From contig JBOEGF010000005.1 of the NCBI GenBank assembly GCA_050633305.1, forward strand, positions 384,001 through 448,000: a stretch of 64,000 nucleotides of DNA. The letters run 5' to 3'. Below, one piece after another: positions 27,737 through 39,518 of the stretch. The stretch is from Nannocystales bacterium (lineage in GTDB: Bacteria; Myxococcota_A; Polyangia; Nannocystales; Nannocystaceae). Position 1 is the stretch's first letter; each line of letters begins with the position of its first letter. The notes under the pieces are model-generated. The model was not told the DNA's origin. It did not search any database and was given only the letters and a program-made list of their open reading frames with translations. The translations under genes and the position numbers were made by a program.

Positions 27737-28900
27737 TCAGCGAATACCGGTCACAAGACCGGCACCCACCGTCTTCCCGCCCTCACGCATGGCAAAACGC
27801 ATGCCGACCTCGACCGCCACAGGGTGTTGCAGCTCGAAGTTCACCGTCGCGCGGTCACCGGGGCGGATGAGGTCCCCTCCGGTCTCGAGTGCGGCCGACA
27901 CATCGGTTGCGCCGAAGAACAGCTGCGGCGTGTACCCGCTCCCGAAGGGAGTGTGGCGTCCGCCCTCATCCTTGCGGAGGATGAAGACCTCGGCGGTGCC
28001 CCGCTGGTGGGGCGCAATGCTGCCCGGCAAGGCGAGCACCGATCCCCGGGCGATCTGGTCCCGCTTCACACCCCGGAGCAGGAGACCGACGTTGAGTCCG
28101 GCACTGGCTTCGGGGATGTCGCGATGGAAAGCCTGGATGCCTGTCACCACCACTTCACCGCCCTGCTCGCCCACGATGTCGACGGACGCGCCACGAGGGA
28201 GGACCCCACGCGAGACACGACCCGTGACCACGGTTCCACGCCCTTCGATCGTGTGCACGTTCTCCACGGGCATGAGGAATGCGCCCGTGAGGTCCCGCGC
28301 GGGTTCCTCGACGTCGTTGTCGAGCGCGCGGACGAGCGCTTGCACGGCCAGCACGGACGGGTCATCCCATCGCTGTTCGGTTGCAGCCTGCATGGCTTGC
28401 AACGCCGAGCCGCGGACGATGGTCGCGTTCTCGAACCCGTTGGCATCGAGCAACTCGGTGGTTTCCAGCTCGACCAGCTCGAGCAACTCCTCGTTGCTCA
28501 GGTCGACTTTGTTCACGAACACCACGAGTTGTTTCACGCCCACTTGTCGTGCCAACAGGACGTGTTCACGGGTCTGGGGCTCGGGGCCCTGCGACCCGTC
28601 GACGAGCAAGATTGCGCCGTCCATCTGGGACGCACCCGTGATCATGTTCTTCACGTAGTCGGCGTGGCCGGGGCAGTCGATGTGGGCGTAGTGCCGGATG
28701 CGCGAGTCGTACTGGACGTGTGCGGTGTTGATCGTGATGCCGCGCTCTCGCTCTTCGGGTGCGTTGTCGATCTGCTCGAACGCCTTTGCGGTGCCGCCAA
28801 AGTCGTGCGCGCACACCAGACTCAATGCCGCGGTGAGGGTCGTCTTGCCGTGATCGACGTGGCCGATCGTGCCGATGTTGACGTGGGTTTTGGTGACCAT
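27737..28900 (-). CDS. tuf: Elongation factor Tu, divergent orphan paralog
   Basis: [59 protein letters not shown]; not in an rpsL/fusA or tRNA-secE context. Confidence 0.95.
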   Translation of the reverse strand: MVTKTHVNIGTIGHVDHGKTTLTAALSLVCAHDFGGTAKAFEQIDNAPEERERGITINTAHVQYDSRIRHYAHIDCPGHADYVKNMITGASQMDGAILLVDGSQGPEPQTREHVLLARQVGVKQLVVFVNKVDLSNEELLELVELETTELLDANGFENATIVRGSALQAMQAATEQRWDDPSVLAVQALVRALDNDVEEPARDLTGAFLMPVENVHTIEGRGTVVTGRVSRGVLPRGASVDIVGEQGGEVVVTGIQAFHRDIPEASAGLNVGLLLRGVKRDQIARGSVLALPGSIAPHQRGTAEVFILRKDEGGRHTPFGSGYTPQLFFGATDVSAALETGGDLIRPGDRATVNFELQHPVAVEVGMRFAMREGGKTVGAGLVTGIR

Positions 28901-29040
28901 CTTCTCGTTCCTTGGAGCAGTGCTCCCTCGAAGTCCCATGGGTTGAACGCCCCCAGGTGCGTTGGGACGGGCCGAACCTGGGCGCAGGCCTGCGGGGTCG
29001 CGGGCGGTCTCGGTGGTGCGCGCGCTCGGTTCGAGCACGC

Positions 29041-29072
29041 AAAAAAGCCCCGTGCGCTGCTGCGTACGGGGC
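29041..29072 (-). terminator. Intrinsic terminator (attenuator) in the tuf 5' leader
   Basis: GCCCCGTACGC-AGCA-GCGCACGGGGC followed by TTTTTT, 140 nt upstream of the tuf ATG and downstream of the promoter. Confidence 0.85.
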
Positions 29073-29092
29073 CCTGGTGGCGAACCGGGATG

Positions 29093-29218
29093 TTAATCCG
29101 CGGCGTTCCCAGAAGAGGAGGTCCGTGCACAGCGAGCGCGCCTACGTTCCGATGTCCCCGGATCCGTAAGGACCAGGGCCAGTCGTAGGGCGCCATCGGC
29201 TGTGCAGGTGCGGACCAT
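29093..29218 (-). CDS. Putative attenuator leader peptide (41 aa, MVRTCTADGALRLALV...)
   Basis: ATG 11 nt after the -10 element; TAA about 20 nt before the terminator; overlaps the alternative pairing segments. Confidence 0.5.
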   Translation of the reverse strand: MVRTCTADGALRLALVLTDPGTSERRRARCARTSSSGNAAD

Positions 29219-29229
29219 TGTTGGTCGCC

Positions 29230-29257
29230 AACATGGCACCGAACAGGAGAACGTCAA
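29230..29257 (-). promoter_or_regulatory. Sigma-70-like promoter TTGACG-N16-CATGTT (TGn extended -10)
   Basis: Near-consensus -35; positioned directly ahead of the leader. Confidence 0.6.
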
Positions 29258-29351
29258 GGGGTTTTGGCTCTGCATCCGCGGATGGACGAACGCCCCGGCA
29301 GGTCCGATTCGGAGACGGAGGTCTTGCTTGGAGGCGTGCACCTGCGGCGTG

Positions 29352-32333
29352 TCAGGGCCGCGGGTGTTGCTCACGCCAGCGCGCGACGTCCCGCCGAATC
29401 TTGTCGGCCCACGGCTCTTGTACGCCAACGGTGAGCGCCTCCGCCTCTTCGACAGCCTCGGTCGCGAGCGGAAAATCGGCGGGGTCGGCGACGAGTCGAG
29501 CCGCGACGAAGACCAGGTTCTCGGCGAAGAGCTGAGGGCTGGGGTGGTCGGCACGCAGGGCCTCCAGGGTCTGGAGCAGGGACCGTCGTGCGTCGTCGTG
29601 TCGCTCGAGCCCACGGAAGGCGTCGGCCTGTTCGAGCCGCAGCAGCGCCGGGACGAGCCCGGCGGTCAGCGACAGTGTCTGGGCGCCTCGGAGTCCCCGC
29701 GTGCTGTGGGAGAGCGCGGAGTCCCACTGTTGTGCGGCGTTGGCCATTTGGGCGGCCACGATCCGAGTTCGGACGATCGGCATCGAGCCCTCGGGGTTGA
29801 GGCGGGCTGCCACCTCGACGAGCTCTGTGGTGTGCACCCATGCTGCATGGGCTCCACGTGCGTCGAGTAGGCAGTAGGTCCGGTTTTGCAGCGACTCCAC
29901 GTGGAACTCGCCGTGCAGCCGGTCTGCGGTCTCGAACGCGGCGTCGGCACGCTCGAAGGTGTCGATTGCGTCGTCGCACCGCTTTGCGATGCCCAACACG
30001 GACCCGCGGGTCGAGAGGGTGCGGGCGAGCTCGAGCGGGTCCTGCTCGTCGAGTTTGCGGAACAACGTGACCGCTCGATCGATGCTGGCCAGCGCCTCGT
30101 CGGCTCGTTCGAGGTCACCGAGCACCATCCCCTGGTCGCGCAGGGCCCGGAGCAACGCATAGGACTCCCCTTGTGTCTCCTGCGCGATGGAAACCCGACG
30201 GGTGTGACGCCTGGCGGCGCCCTCGAGGTCCCCGTGCTGGGCGTCGAGGTTGGCCATGAAGCCAAGTGGAAACAGCAGACGCGAATCGGTAGGACCGTGG
30301 CGCGTCTGTAGGGCCTCGATGACCTGCTCACCCTCTCGCCGGGCTTCGTCGCCGCGTCCCATCAATGACAGAATTCGGGCGCGCTCGATTCTCTGTGTCC
30401 AGGCGGCGACGTCGTCGCCCTCGGACATTTCGACCTTCACTGCCAGCGCTTCTTCGATGAGTGTGAGCGCGGTGGTGAGTTCTCCCCGGCCGACGGCGAG
30501 CTGGGCTCCAACTTCCGCCAGGTAGCGTTGGGAGTTCGGGTCGGGGCGTCGCTCGAGCGCGCCCTGAGCGATCCTCAGAAGGCGCGCCCCCTCGGCCGCG
30601 GTGCTCTGGTGAGCGCCGACGAGCAGCGCAAGCCCACCTGCTCCCCGGGGAACGTACCGGTGGTACCCGCTGGCCAACGACCGGCTCAAGACTCGCTCGT
30701 AGTCCGCCTTCGCGCGTTCTCGGAGCCCGTCCGTGGCGGCAAGGTCTGCCCGCAGGAGCCGTACCTCGATCTCGGCGGGCTCGTAGCCGGTGGCTTTGGC
30801 AAGGTCGAGCAGTGCGTCGACGCGTCGCTCGAGCCGTTGCCTCGACCCTGTCGCGAGCAGCGTTCGAAGCTCGGCGACATCGGAGCGGAGTTCGGCGACG
30901 GTGGCCCGTGTCGCGGCGTCGGCCGGAGGCGCGACGTCCCCGCGCAGGAGCTCGGTGTCTTCGCAGTCGGAGACGCGCGGCAGTTTGCCCAAGACTTGGT
31001 CGACCCGAGACACGATATTCCGAGTCGGAACACGAACGGTTCGCAGGATGCCGGTGGCGGTGGCGAGTTGCTCGTCGAGACAGGTCGCGCGCAGGTCGTA
31101 CATGGCTTCGGACTGACTCTGCTCGACTCGCGCGGCGAGACACGCGTCGGTGCGGCTCGCTGCCCAGGCATTGGCGAACGCGTCCAATCTCGCCGCGATC
31201 AGGGTCCCAGCGGAAGTCGCATGGGGGATGTCGGCTTGTCCGTACGCCTGCTCGACGTGGTCGCGTTCCTCGTCGTTCCACAATGCCGACATCCCTTCAG
31301 CTGCGGCGATGCACGGCTTGTCTCCCAGTGCCCATTGAGCCGAGACGACGGCGCCCGCTGTGAGGCTGACAAGCGCCGCTGCGGCGCCGACCCTTCGTCG
31401 AGCCGTGGCAGGGTCTCGCTCGAGCGCGTCGAGCAAGGCGTCCATGCTCGGGTACCGCGCCTCGGGTGTTCCGGCCAGGCCTTGGCAGAGGATCGGCCAT
31501 ACTCTGGTAGGCGCTCGGCCGGGCGGCGGCGTCCGAATGCGGCCCGCCATAATCTCTGCGAGAGGGTCCTCGGCTGCGGCGTCAGCCCGGAATGGCGCCT
31601 GAGCATGGAGGGCCACGTACAGGCTCACGCAGAAGGCGAACTGGTCGGCGGCGGCCGTGAGGGGCTCGCCCCGACATTGCTCGGGCGGCATGTACATCGG
31701 GGTACCGACCGGGCTGAGCGTGGTGGTCACGCTGGTCAGTGGGTTGGGGGACGCCTCAGAATCTGAGGCCGAGGCCGAGGTCTCCTCGTTGACGACGCGG
31801 TGTGCGAGACCGAAGTCTGCAACGCGAGGCCGCCCTTCGGCGTCCAACAACACGTTATCGGGCTTGAAGTCGCGGTGCACCAAGTCGATCGCATGGGCAG
31901 CTGCGAGCCCGCGGCCCGCCGCGACGAACATGTCGAGGACCTGGGCAGGACTCCGGTGCTGCGCGGTCAGCCACCCGCGTAGCGAGCCCCCGGGCGCGAA
32001 CTCCATCGCGATGAAAACCTCCCCCTCGTATGTCCCGACCTCGAACACAGTCAAGACGTTGGGGTGGGACAGTCGTGCCATTGCCCTCGCCTCTCGCTGC
32101 AACCGCGCGGTGCCGCCGGCGAAGTCGCGGTGCAGCTTGATCGCCACCGTTCGTTCCAGGCGAGGGTCCCAAGCGCGATACACCACGCCCATTCCTCCCG
32201 CACCGATCTTCCGTTCGATCACGAAGTGCCCAACCTGGTCGCCTTCGTTGACGAGCAGCGGTGTCACATTGATCGCAGGGGCGGCTGCGAGCTCGCGTAG
32301 AGCAGACCCCAGCGAACTGAGGTCCGAGTGCAT
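29352..32333 (-). CDS. Ser/Thr protein kinase with TM segment and TPR-like extracellular region
   Basis: GAGGMG, VAIK, HRDFKPDN, DFG, GTPMYMPPE, ADQFAFC; helical repeats; alternative start at GTG 32366. Confidence 0.92.
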   Translation of the reverse strand: MHSDLSSLGSALRELAAAPAINVTPLLVNEGDQVGHFVIERKIGAGGMGVVYRAWDPRLERTVAIKLHRDFAGGTARLQREARAMARLSHPNVLTVFEVGTYEGEVFIAMEFAPGGSLRGWLTAQHRSPAQVLDMFVAAGRGLAAAHAIDLVHRDFKPDNVLLDAEGRPRVADFGLAHRVVNEETSASASDSEASPNPLTSVTTTLSPVGTPMYMPPEQCRGEPLTAAADQFAFCVSLYVALHAQAPFRADAAAEDPLAEIMAGRIRTPPPGRAPTRVWPILCQGLAGTPEARYPSMDALLDALERDPATARRRVGAAAALVSLTAGAVVSAQWALGDKPCIAAAEGMSALWNDEERDHVEQAYGQADIPHATSAGTLIAARLDAFANAWAASRTDACLAARVEQSQSEAMYDLRATCLDEQLATATGILRTVRVPTRNIVSRVDQVLGKLPRVSDCEDTELLRGDVAPPADAATRATVAELRSDVAELRTLLATGSRQRLERRVDALLDLAKATGYEPAEIEVRLLRADLAATDGLRERAKADYERVLSRSLASGYHRYVPRGAGGLALLVGAHQSTAAEGARLLRIAQGALERRPDPNSQRYLAEVGAQLAVGRGELTTALTLIEEALAVKVEMSEGDDVAAWTQRIERARILSLMGRGDEARREGEQVIEALQTRHGPTDSRLLFPLGFMANLDAQHGDLEGAARRHTRRVSIAQETQGESYALLRALRDQGMVLGDLERADEALASIDRAVTLFRKLDEQDPLELARTLSTRGSVLGIAKRCDDAIDTFERADAAFETADRLHGEFHVESLQNRTYCLLDARGAHAAWVHTTELVEVAARLNPEGSMPIVRTRIVAAQMANAAQQWDSALSHSTRGLRGAQTLSLTAGLVPALLRLEQADAFRGLERHDDARRSLLQTLEALRADHPSPQLFAENLVFVAARLVADPADFPLATEAVEEAEALTVGVQEPWADKIRRDVARWREQHPRP

Positions 32334-32458
32334 CGGCACGGAGTCGTCACGCCTTGCCACCGACACCCACTATACCGCCCTCCGTTGCGACTCACGGAAG
32401 ACTTCCCGTGGGTGCCGACAGCCGACGGCCGGACCGTTCGAGGAGTCCCTCGGGGCTG

Positions 32459-33199
32459 CTAGAGGCGCTCCACTACGCACGAGGTGAGCGTCCAGTTCTC
32501 TTTGCTTGTCGACCGAAGTGCGATGCCGAACGCTGGGTTCTCGACCTCCGCGGAAGGCACGGTGATCATGAACCTCAACGTGTCGGCCACAAACGAGAAG
32601 CTCGCCGCGCTGGTTGTGAAGAATCCCCCGGGGTAGGTCACGCCGCCCCGAACGGACATCGTCTCGGTGAATTCCCCGGAGCACTCGACCAGGAGGTCGT
32701 GGCCCACGAGCTCGGGGCGCAGTGGCATCATGATGCTGACCCCGCCGTCGCCCTCGACGTTGATCTGCGCTTCTCTCCAGCTGGCGACGCCGGCTTGCCA
32801 CTGCACCTTGTAGCCGAAGAAAAAGAAGCCTCGGCTGGACGGTCTCGTTGGTGTCAGCTTGGACGGTCGCGAGAGCCGCAGAGGGGCGACGTCGAACATC
32901 TTCTTCTCGATCGTCCCGGCCGCAGGGTTCGAGGTCGTCCGCATCGAGCCGAACTGGGCGTCGAAGTTGTTGTCGAACGTCGCCTCCTTCGGCGCCAACC
33001 CCATCCGCACCACCCCCTTGCGCACCGTGACCGCCGGTCCTTTTGCGGTGGCCTTCTTGATCGCTGCCGTCCCTTTGCTGGGGCGCCGCTTCCGGTGTTT
33101 GGTGGGCGCTGCCTTCTTCGTGGCAGGGGCGCTGTGGGCGGAGCCCGTGAGCAGAAGAGCAAGAGAGCAGATGGACAAGACAGCGGGGGTGCGGCGCAT
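32459..33199 (-). CDS. Hypothetical secreted protein
   Basis: Signal peptide, Lys/Ala-rich linker, beta-rich domain; SD GAAGGA. Confidence 0.7.
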   Translation of the reverse strand: MRRTPAVLSICSLALLLTGSAHSAPATKKAAPTKHRKRRPSKGTAAIKKATAKGPAVTVRKGVVRMGLAPKEATFDNNFDAQFGSMRTTSNPAAGTIEKKMFDVAPLRLSRPSKLTPTRPSSRGFFFFGYKVQWQAGVASWREAQINVEGDGGVSIMMPLRPELVGHDLLVECSGEFTETMSVRGGVTYPGGFFTTSAASFSFVADTLRFMITVPSAEVENPAFGIALRSTSKENWTLTSCVVERL

Positions 33200-33432
33200 C
33201 AGAGGTGTTCCTTCGGATCGGTAGGTGCGCGGCGAAGGGTTTGTGACACGCTGAGTTTCCCCGGACCCGGCGGCGCGGCGCTCGGCAGGCCGGTCGCGGC
33301 CGTGAGCCCCGGCTCCGGATGCCTGACCGGGGTGTCGGTTTGAGCTTGAGGCGGTTTTCCGGCCGAGCGCTGCTTGCGCTTTTCCGGACACGGGGCCCGG
33401 AGGGTTCGCGCTCCGTGGTATCCACCCAACGC

Positions 33433-34341
33433 ATGCGCTTCTTGGCCGTTGTTAATCCTGCAGCTGGTGGTGGCCGCTGTGGCAAGGAGTACCCCGCGGC
33501 GATCCGGCGGCTCGAGGATGCCGGCCTGGAGGTCGATGTGGTGACGACGTCCGGGCCTGGCGAGGCGGTGGAGTTGGTACGGAAAGCCTGGGCGGACGGG
33601 CAGCGGCGTTTCCTTGCGGTGGGCGGAGATGGAACCGGCTACGAGCTGGTCAACGGCATGTTCCCACTGGCACTCGAAGGTGAAGAGGAGCCGCCTCAGC
33701 TGGGGTTCCTTCCGCTGGGAACGGGCAACTCATTCCTCCGGGACTTCATGAAGCCCGGCGACAAGGACGGAGCGGGGCACGCCCTCGGTGCGCTCCTCGA
33801 ACAACGGCTTCGGTCGATCGATGTGGTTCGCATCGAGCACGACAAGGGCGAAAACTTCTACATCAACCTGTTCGCGATCGGCTTCGCCGCGGACGTCAAC
33901 TCTCGTGCGGCTCGGTACAAGAACTGGGGCGAGTTTGGGTACATCGGCAGCGTGGTCGCGGAGACCCTGGGTCTGGCGCCGAACACCTACCCCCTGCGTG
34001 AGGACGGCGGTGCGCTGAACCAGGACCCCGCGGCGTTCATCGCGATCTGCAACAGCAAGTTCACCGGAGGCACGATGATGATGGCGCCCAACGCCGACAC
34101 TGGGGACGGCAAGGTCGACGTCGTGCACGTGGGCGCCTTGGGCCGGATCGGTCTGTTGCGCGCGTTCCCCAAGTTGTTCGAGGGAAAACACCTCGACCTC
34201 GACGTTGTGCGGGGCAGTCAGCCCAGTCGTGTGGAGTTCGAACTCGACGGTCCGACGAACATCATGCTCGATGGGGAAGCGCTGTACGTGCAGCCCAAGG
34301 TGATCGAGGTGCTGCCGGGCGCGCTTCAGGTCTTCGCCTGA
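33433..34341 (+). CDS. Diacylglycerol kinase family lipid kinase (YegS/DagK-like)
   Basis: NPAAG, GGDGT, PLGTGN, DGE. Confidence 0.92.
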   Translation: MRFLAVVNPAAGGGRCGKEYPAAIRRLEDAGLEVDVVTTSGPGEAVELVRKAWADGQRRFLAVGGDGTGYELVNGMFPLALEGEEEPPQLGFLPLGTGNSFLRDFMKPGDKDGAGHALGALLEQRLRSIDVVRIEHDKGENFYINLFAIGFAADVNSRAARYKNWGEFGYIGSVVAETLGLAPNTYPLREDGGALNQDPAAFIAICNSKFTGGTMMMAPNADTGDGKVDVVHVGALGRIGLLRAFPKLFEGKHLDLDVVRGSQPSRVEFELDGPTNIMLDGEALYVQPKVIEVLPGALQVFA

Positions 34342-34342
34342 C

Positions 34343-34373
34343 AGCCGGCCCGAACGAGACGCTCGGGCCGGCT
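34343..34373. terminator. Hairpin between convergent genes
   Basis: Perfect 11-bp stem agccggcccga / tcgggccggct. Confidence 0.55.
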
Positions 34374-34381
34374 CGGCGCAC

Positions 34382-36652
<2,271 letters not shown>

Positions 36653-36671
36653 GGCGCGGAGGGTATCGCGT

Positions 36672-37886
36672 TCAGAAGCGGCCTTCGACGGTGAGTCCAC
36701 CAAGTCCCGGTCCGCCCAGAGGCGCGACGGAGAGCCTCTCAGCGCGACGTTCAAGGGTGTGCGAACGGTTGCGCGCCCCAGCGGCCAAGCCGATGAGCGC
36801 GGCTGCGCCGACCGCCAGTCCAACCCCTGCGAACGTTGCTGCACGGCGGCTGGACCTGTATCTGTCGATGTCTGCGTCGAGTTCGGCGACCCGTTCGGAT
36901 GCCCGTCGCTGCTCCGCGTCGCTCGCAAAGAACGGGTCATGCTCATCCGCGGTTTGTGCCTCGAGGTCCCGGTCGAACTCGGCCATGCCGATCTGAATCG
37001 AGCGAACCCCTGCGAAGAGCCCCGCACCGAGTGCACCCGCCACGGTCAAGCCCGTCCCAATCCGGGCCCCCCGCCGGACACCGCTCCACCGTTCTGCAGC
37101 CGTTCGGAGCGCCTCGGCTTCGGTTGCGTTTTGTGCATGCTCAGCGGAGAGCAACGAGCCGCCCACACCGAGCGGAGCGAGCTCGACGCGTAGGAGCGCG
37201 CCGCATTGCGCGGGGGGTCGTGCTTCGACGAGGTTTGTGTCCCCGCAGCGTGCAAGGTCTCCGTCTCTGCGTAGGGTCTCGGTCGACCGAGCCAGGCTCA
37301 CGCCACCGCCCGCGCCGTGGACCGATGCTCCAACGTCTCCGTCGATGGCGCTGCCCGTGTACAGCGAGAAGGCGCCCACGGTCATCGCGGTCACGAGATG
37401 CGTGGCCCCGCTGCACGCCGCGGCGTTTCCGATTGCACGTGCTTGGTCGACGCCCGCTTCGCGTTGTCCGACGACGATCATGTCGACGTTGAGTTGGCCC
37501 TCCCGAGACAGCGCGGACTCGAGACGCGCCGCGCCGAGCGGGAGCTTCGCCCACAGGGCATCTCGGTCTCGGATCCGTAGCTCGTCTCGCTTGTGCGTGA
37601 GCGGGTGATAGGCGTACTCGCCCTCGAGTTCGCACCGCGAGAGCACCTGCATCTGGCAACCGTCGTACCGGACTGCTACGAGGCCTTGGCCAGCCGCAGC
37701 CTCCAGTTGGGCCCTGTCTGCCGCGGGCCACTCGACCAGCAGCGGTTGGGTCTCGTCGGGTGTTGTAGGGCACGCGGTTGGGCTTGCCAGCGCAGATGAA
37801 GCCGTGGGGACCGACGACCCTGGTGTGTTTGCCTGGCAACCCGACAGGAGAAGCAGGCTCGTGGCCACGAGGGAAAGCATCCGCAC
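36672..37886 (-). CDS. Hypothetical lipoprotein with C-terminal hydrophobic segments
   Basis: LSGC lipobox; Cys-containing domain [21 protein letters not shown]. Confidence 0.7.
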   Translation of the reverse strand: MRMLSLVATSLLLLSGCQANTPGSSVPTASSALASPTACPTTPDETQPLLVEWPAADRAQLEAAAGQGLVAVRYDGCQMQVLSRCELEGEYAYHPLTHKRDELRIRDRDALWAKLPLGAARLESALSREGQLNVDMIVVGQREAGVDQARAIGNAAACSGATHLVTAMTVGAFSLYTGSAIDGDVGASVHGAGGGVSLARSTETLRRDGDLARCGDTNLVEARPPAQCGALLRVELAPLGVGGSLLSAEHAQNATEAEALRTAAERWSGVRRGARIGTGLTVAGALGAGLFAGVRSIQIGMAEFDRDLEAQTADEHDPFFASDAEQRRASERVAELDADIDRYRSSRRAATFAGVGLAVGAAALIGLAAGARNRSHTLERRAERLSVAPLGGPGLGGLTVEGRF

Positions 37887-37965
37887 GTCAACAACTGACG
37901 CGTCACTCCCACGATCGATACAACCGCATCGGACGCGGATGTGCGGGCGCTGGGACTCGCCCCGC

Positions 37966-39468
37966 TCAGCTCGAGGGTTTTCCCGGGGCCGGGTGCGGGG
38001 GACGAGGGGGAAGCACCAGACTGATGCGAGCTCCGTCGTCGCTGTCGATCTTCAGGTGCCCGCCATGCATGTCCACGATCTTGTGTGCGATGGCCATGCC
38101 GAGTCCTGTCCCGGTTTCTTTGGTCGTGAAGAACGGCTCGAAGATTCGGGGGGCGACCGCCTCGTCGATGCCTGGGCCGTTGTCGGCGACCACGATCCGT
38201 GCGCCGGCGCCGTCTTGGTGGACGGACAGTTCCACCTGGCCGTTCTCTTGCTCGCGCACGGCTTCGAGTGCGTTGCGAAGCAAGTTGAGCAGGACCTGTT
38301 CGATCCGCTGGCGGTCCACCTCAACAGGGATGTCGCGGGCCTCGCACAGCGTGATGAGGGTGACACCGATCTCGTCTGCGACCGGGCGTTCGAGGCTGGC
38401 CACGTGCTCGATCAGCTCGCAGAGGTTGGTCGGGCGGGCGTTGATCGCCGTGGGGCGGGCGAAGGTGAGGAAGTCAGACACGAGCGCGCCGAGTCGGAGG
38501 ATCTCCTCGCGAACCGTATCCAGCGGCTCGAGGACCTTGGGGTCTTCGCTGAGTTTCCGAACCCGACGCTCGAGGAGCTGGAGCTGGAGGTTGGCGGCAT
38601 TGAGCGGGTTGCGAATCTCGTGGGCGAGGCCGGCGGAGACGGTGCCGACCGCAGCGAGTTTCTCGGCCATCCGGGTCCGCCGTTCCAGCTCTGCAATGTC
38701 GGTGATGTCGAGTCCCGAAGCGTAGATTCGAAACGCGGGTCCTTCACCGAGCGCGGAGAGTTGCCAGCTGATGCTCCGCTCCTCGAGGCGTCCATCCTCA
38801 GCGCGCCGGGTGATCAACCCGTCGACACTGACTCCTGCGGCGTTGTCTTGCACGGACGCGAAGGCCTCGCGGGCGGTGCCGCGGACCCGCGGCGGAACAC
38901 AGGTCTCCAACCAGTCGGCGCCTTCGAGGTCCTCGCATCGCAGCCCTGTTGCCGCTGCGACAGCGGGGTTCGCCTGCACCACTCGGAGGTCTCCATCCAG
39001 GACCAGCAGCAGAGCCTGGACGGTGTCCACCATCGTCCGCAGCGCTTCTTCACTGCGACCGAGTCGGGACTGCAGCGACGCCGCGCGTCGACGCAGATCG
39101 ACTTGCCTGAACGCGCGCTCGACGTTGGCGATCAGATCTTCGGGGTCGAAGGGCTTGAGGATGTACGCGAACGCATCGGACTTTACGGCCTCGGCCGCGT
39201 CGTGGATCGAGGCGTTTCCGGTGACCAAGAGGACCTCTTGGAGCCCGTCCCCGGTCTTGAGTTGGGGGACGATCTTGGGACCGCGGGCGTCCGGCAACTG
39301 AACGTCGAGCAGTGCGATGTCGAAGCCGGCCTTCGCCAGCTCCAGGCCAAGCTCAGCGTTGTCCGCTGTCTGCACGGTGGCACCCTCGCCCTCGAGGATC
39401 TCTTGGAGGTTCTCGACGAGGTCGGCGTGGTCGTCGATGACGATGATGCGTGCGCCCGAAAGCCGCAT
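37966..39468 (-). CDS. Hybrid receiver-PAS-histidine kinase (NmpS-like architecture)
   Basis: IDDH, LLDVQLPD, KPFD; AHEIRNPL, NLLRNA, DNGPG, FFTTK, GTGLG. Confidence 0.92.
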   Translation of the reverse strand: MRLSGARIIVIDDHADLVENLQEILEGEGATVQTADNAELGLELAKAGFDIALLDVQLPDARGPKIVPQLKTGDGLQEVLLVTGNASIHDAAEAVKSDAFAYILKPFDPEDLIANVERAFRQVDLRRRAASLQSRLGRSEEALRTMVDTVQALLLVLDGDLRVVQANPAVAAATGLRCEDLEGADWLETCVPPRVRGTAREAFASVQDNAAGVSVDGLITRRAEDGRLEERSISWQLSALGEGPAFRIYASGLDITDIAELERRTRMAEKLAAVGTVSAGLAHEIRNPLNAANLQLQLLERRVRKLSEDPKVLEPLDTVREEILRLGALVSDFLTFARPTAINARPTNLCELIEHVASLERPVADEIGVTLITLCEARDIPVEVDRQRIEQVLLNLLRNALEAVREQENGQVELSVHQDGAGARIVVADNGPGIDEAVAPRIFEPFFTTKETGTGLGMAIAHKIVDMHGGHLKIDSDDGARISLVLPPRPPHPAPGKPSS

Positions 39469-39518
39469 TCTGCCCAGTGTGCGCCGTGCCCCGCCCGCAG
39501 GGAAGGCACAAAGTGGTG

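Noticed and set aside
27737..28900. SelB or CysN instead of EF-Tu, or a tuf pseudogene
   Set aside because: Length (387 aa) and motifs match EF-Tu; no SelB C-terminal extension; frame intact
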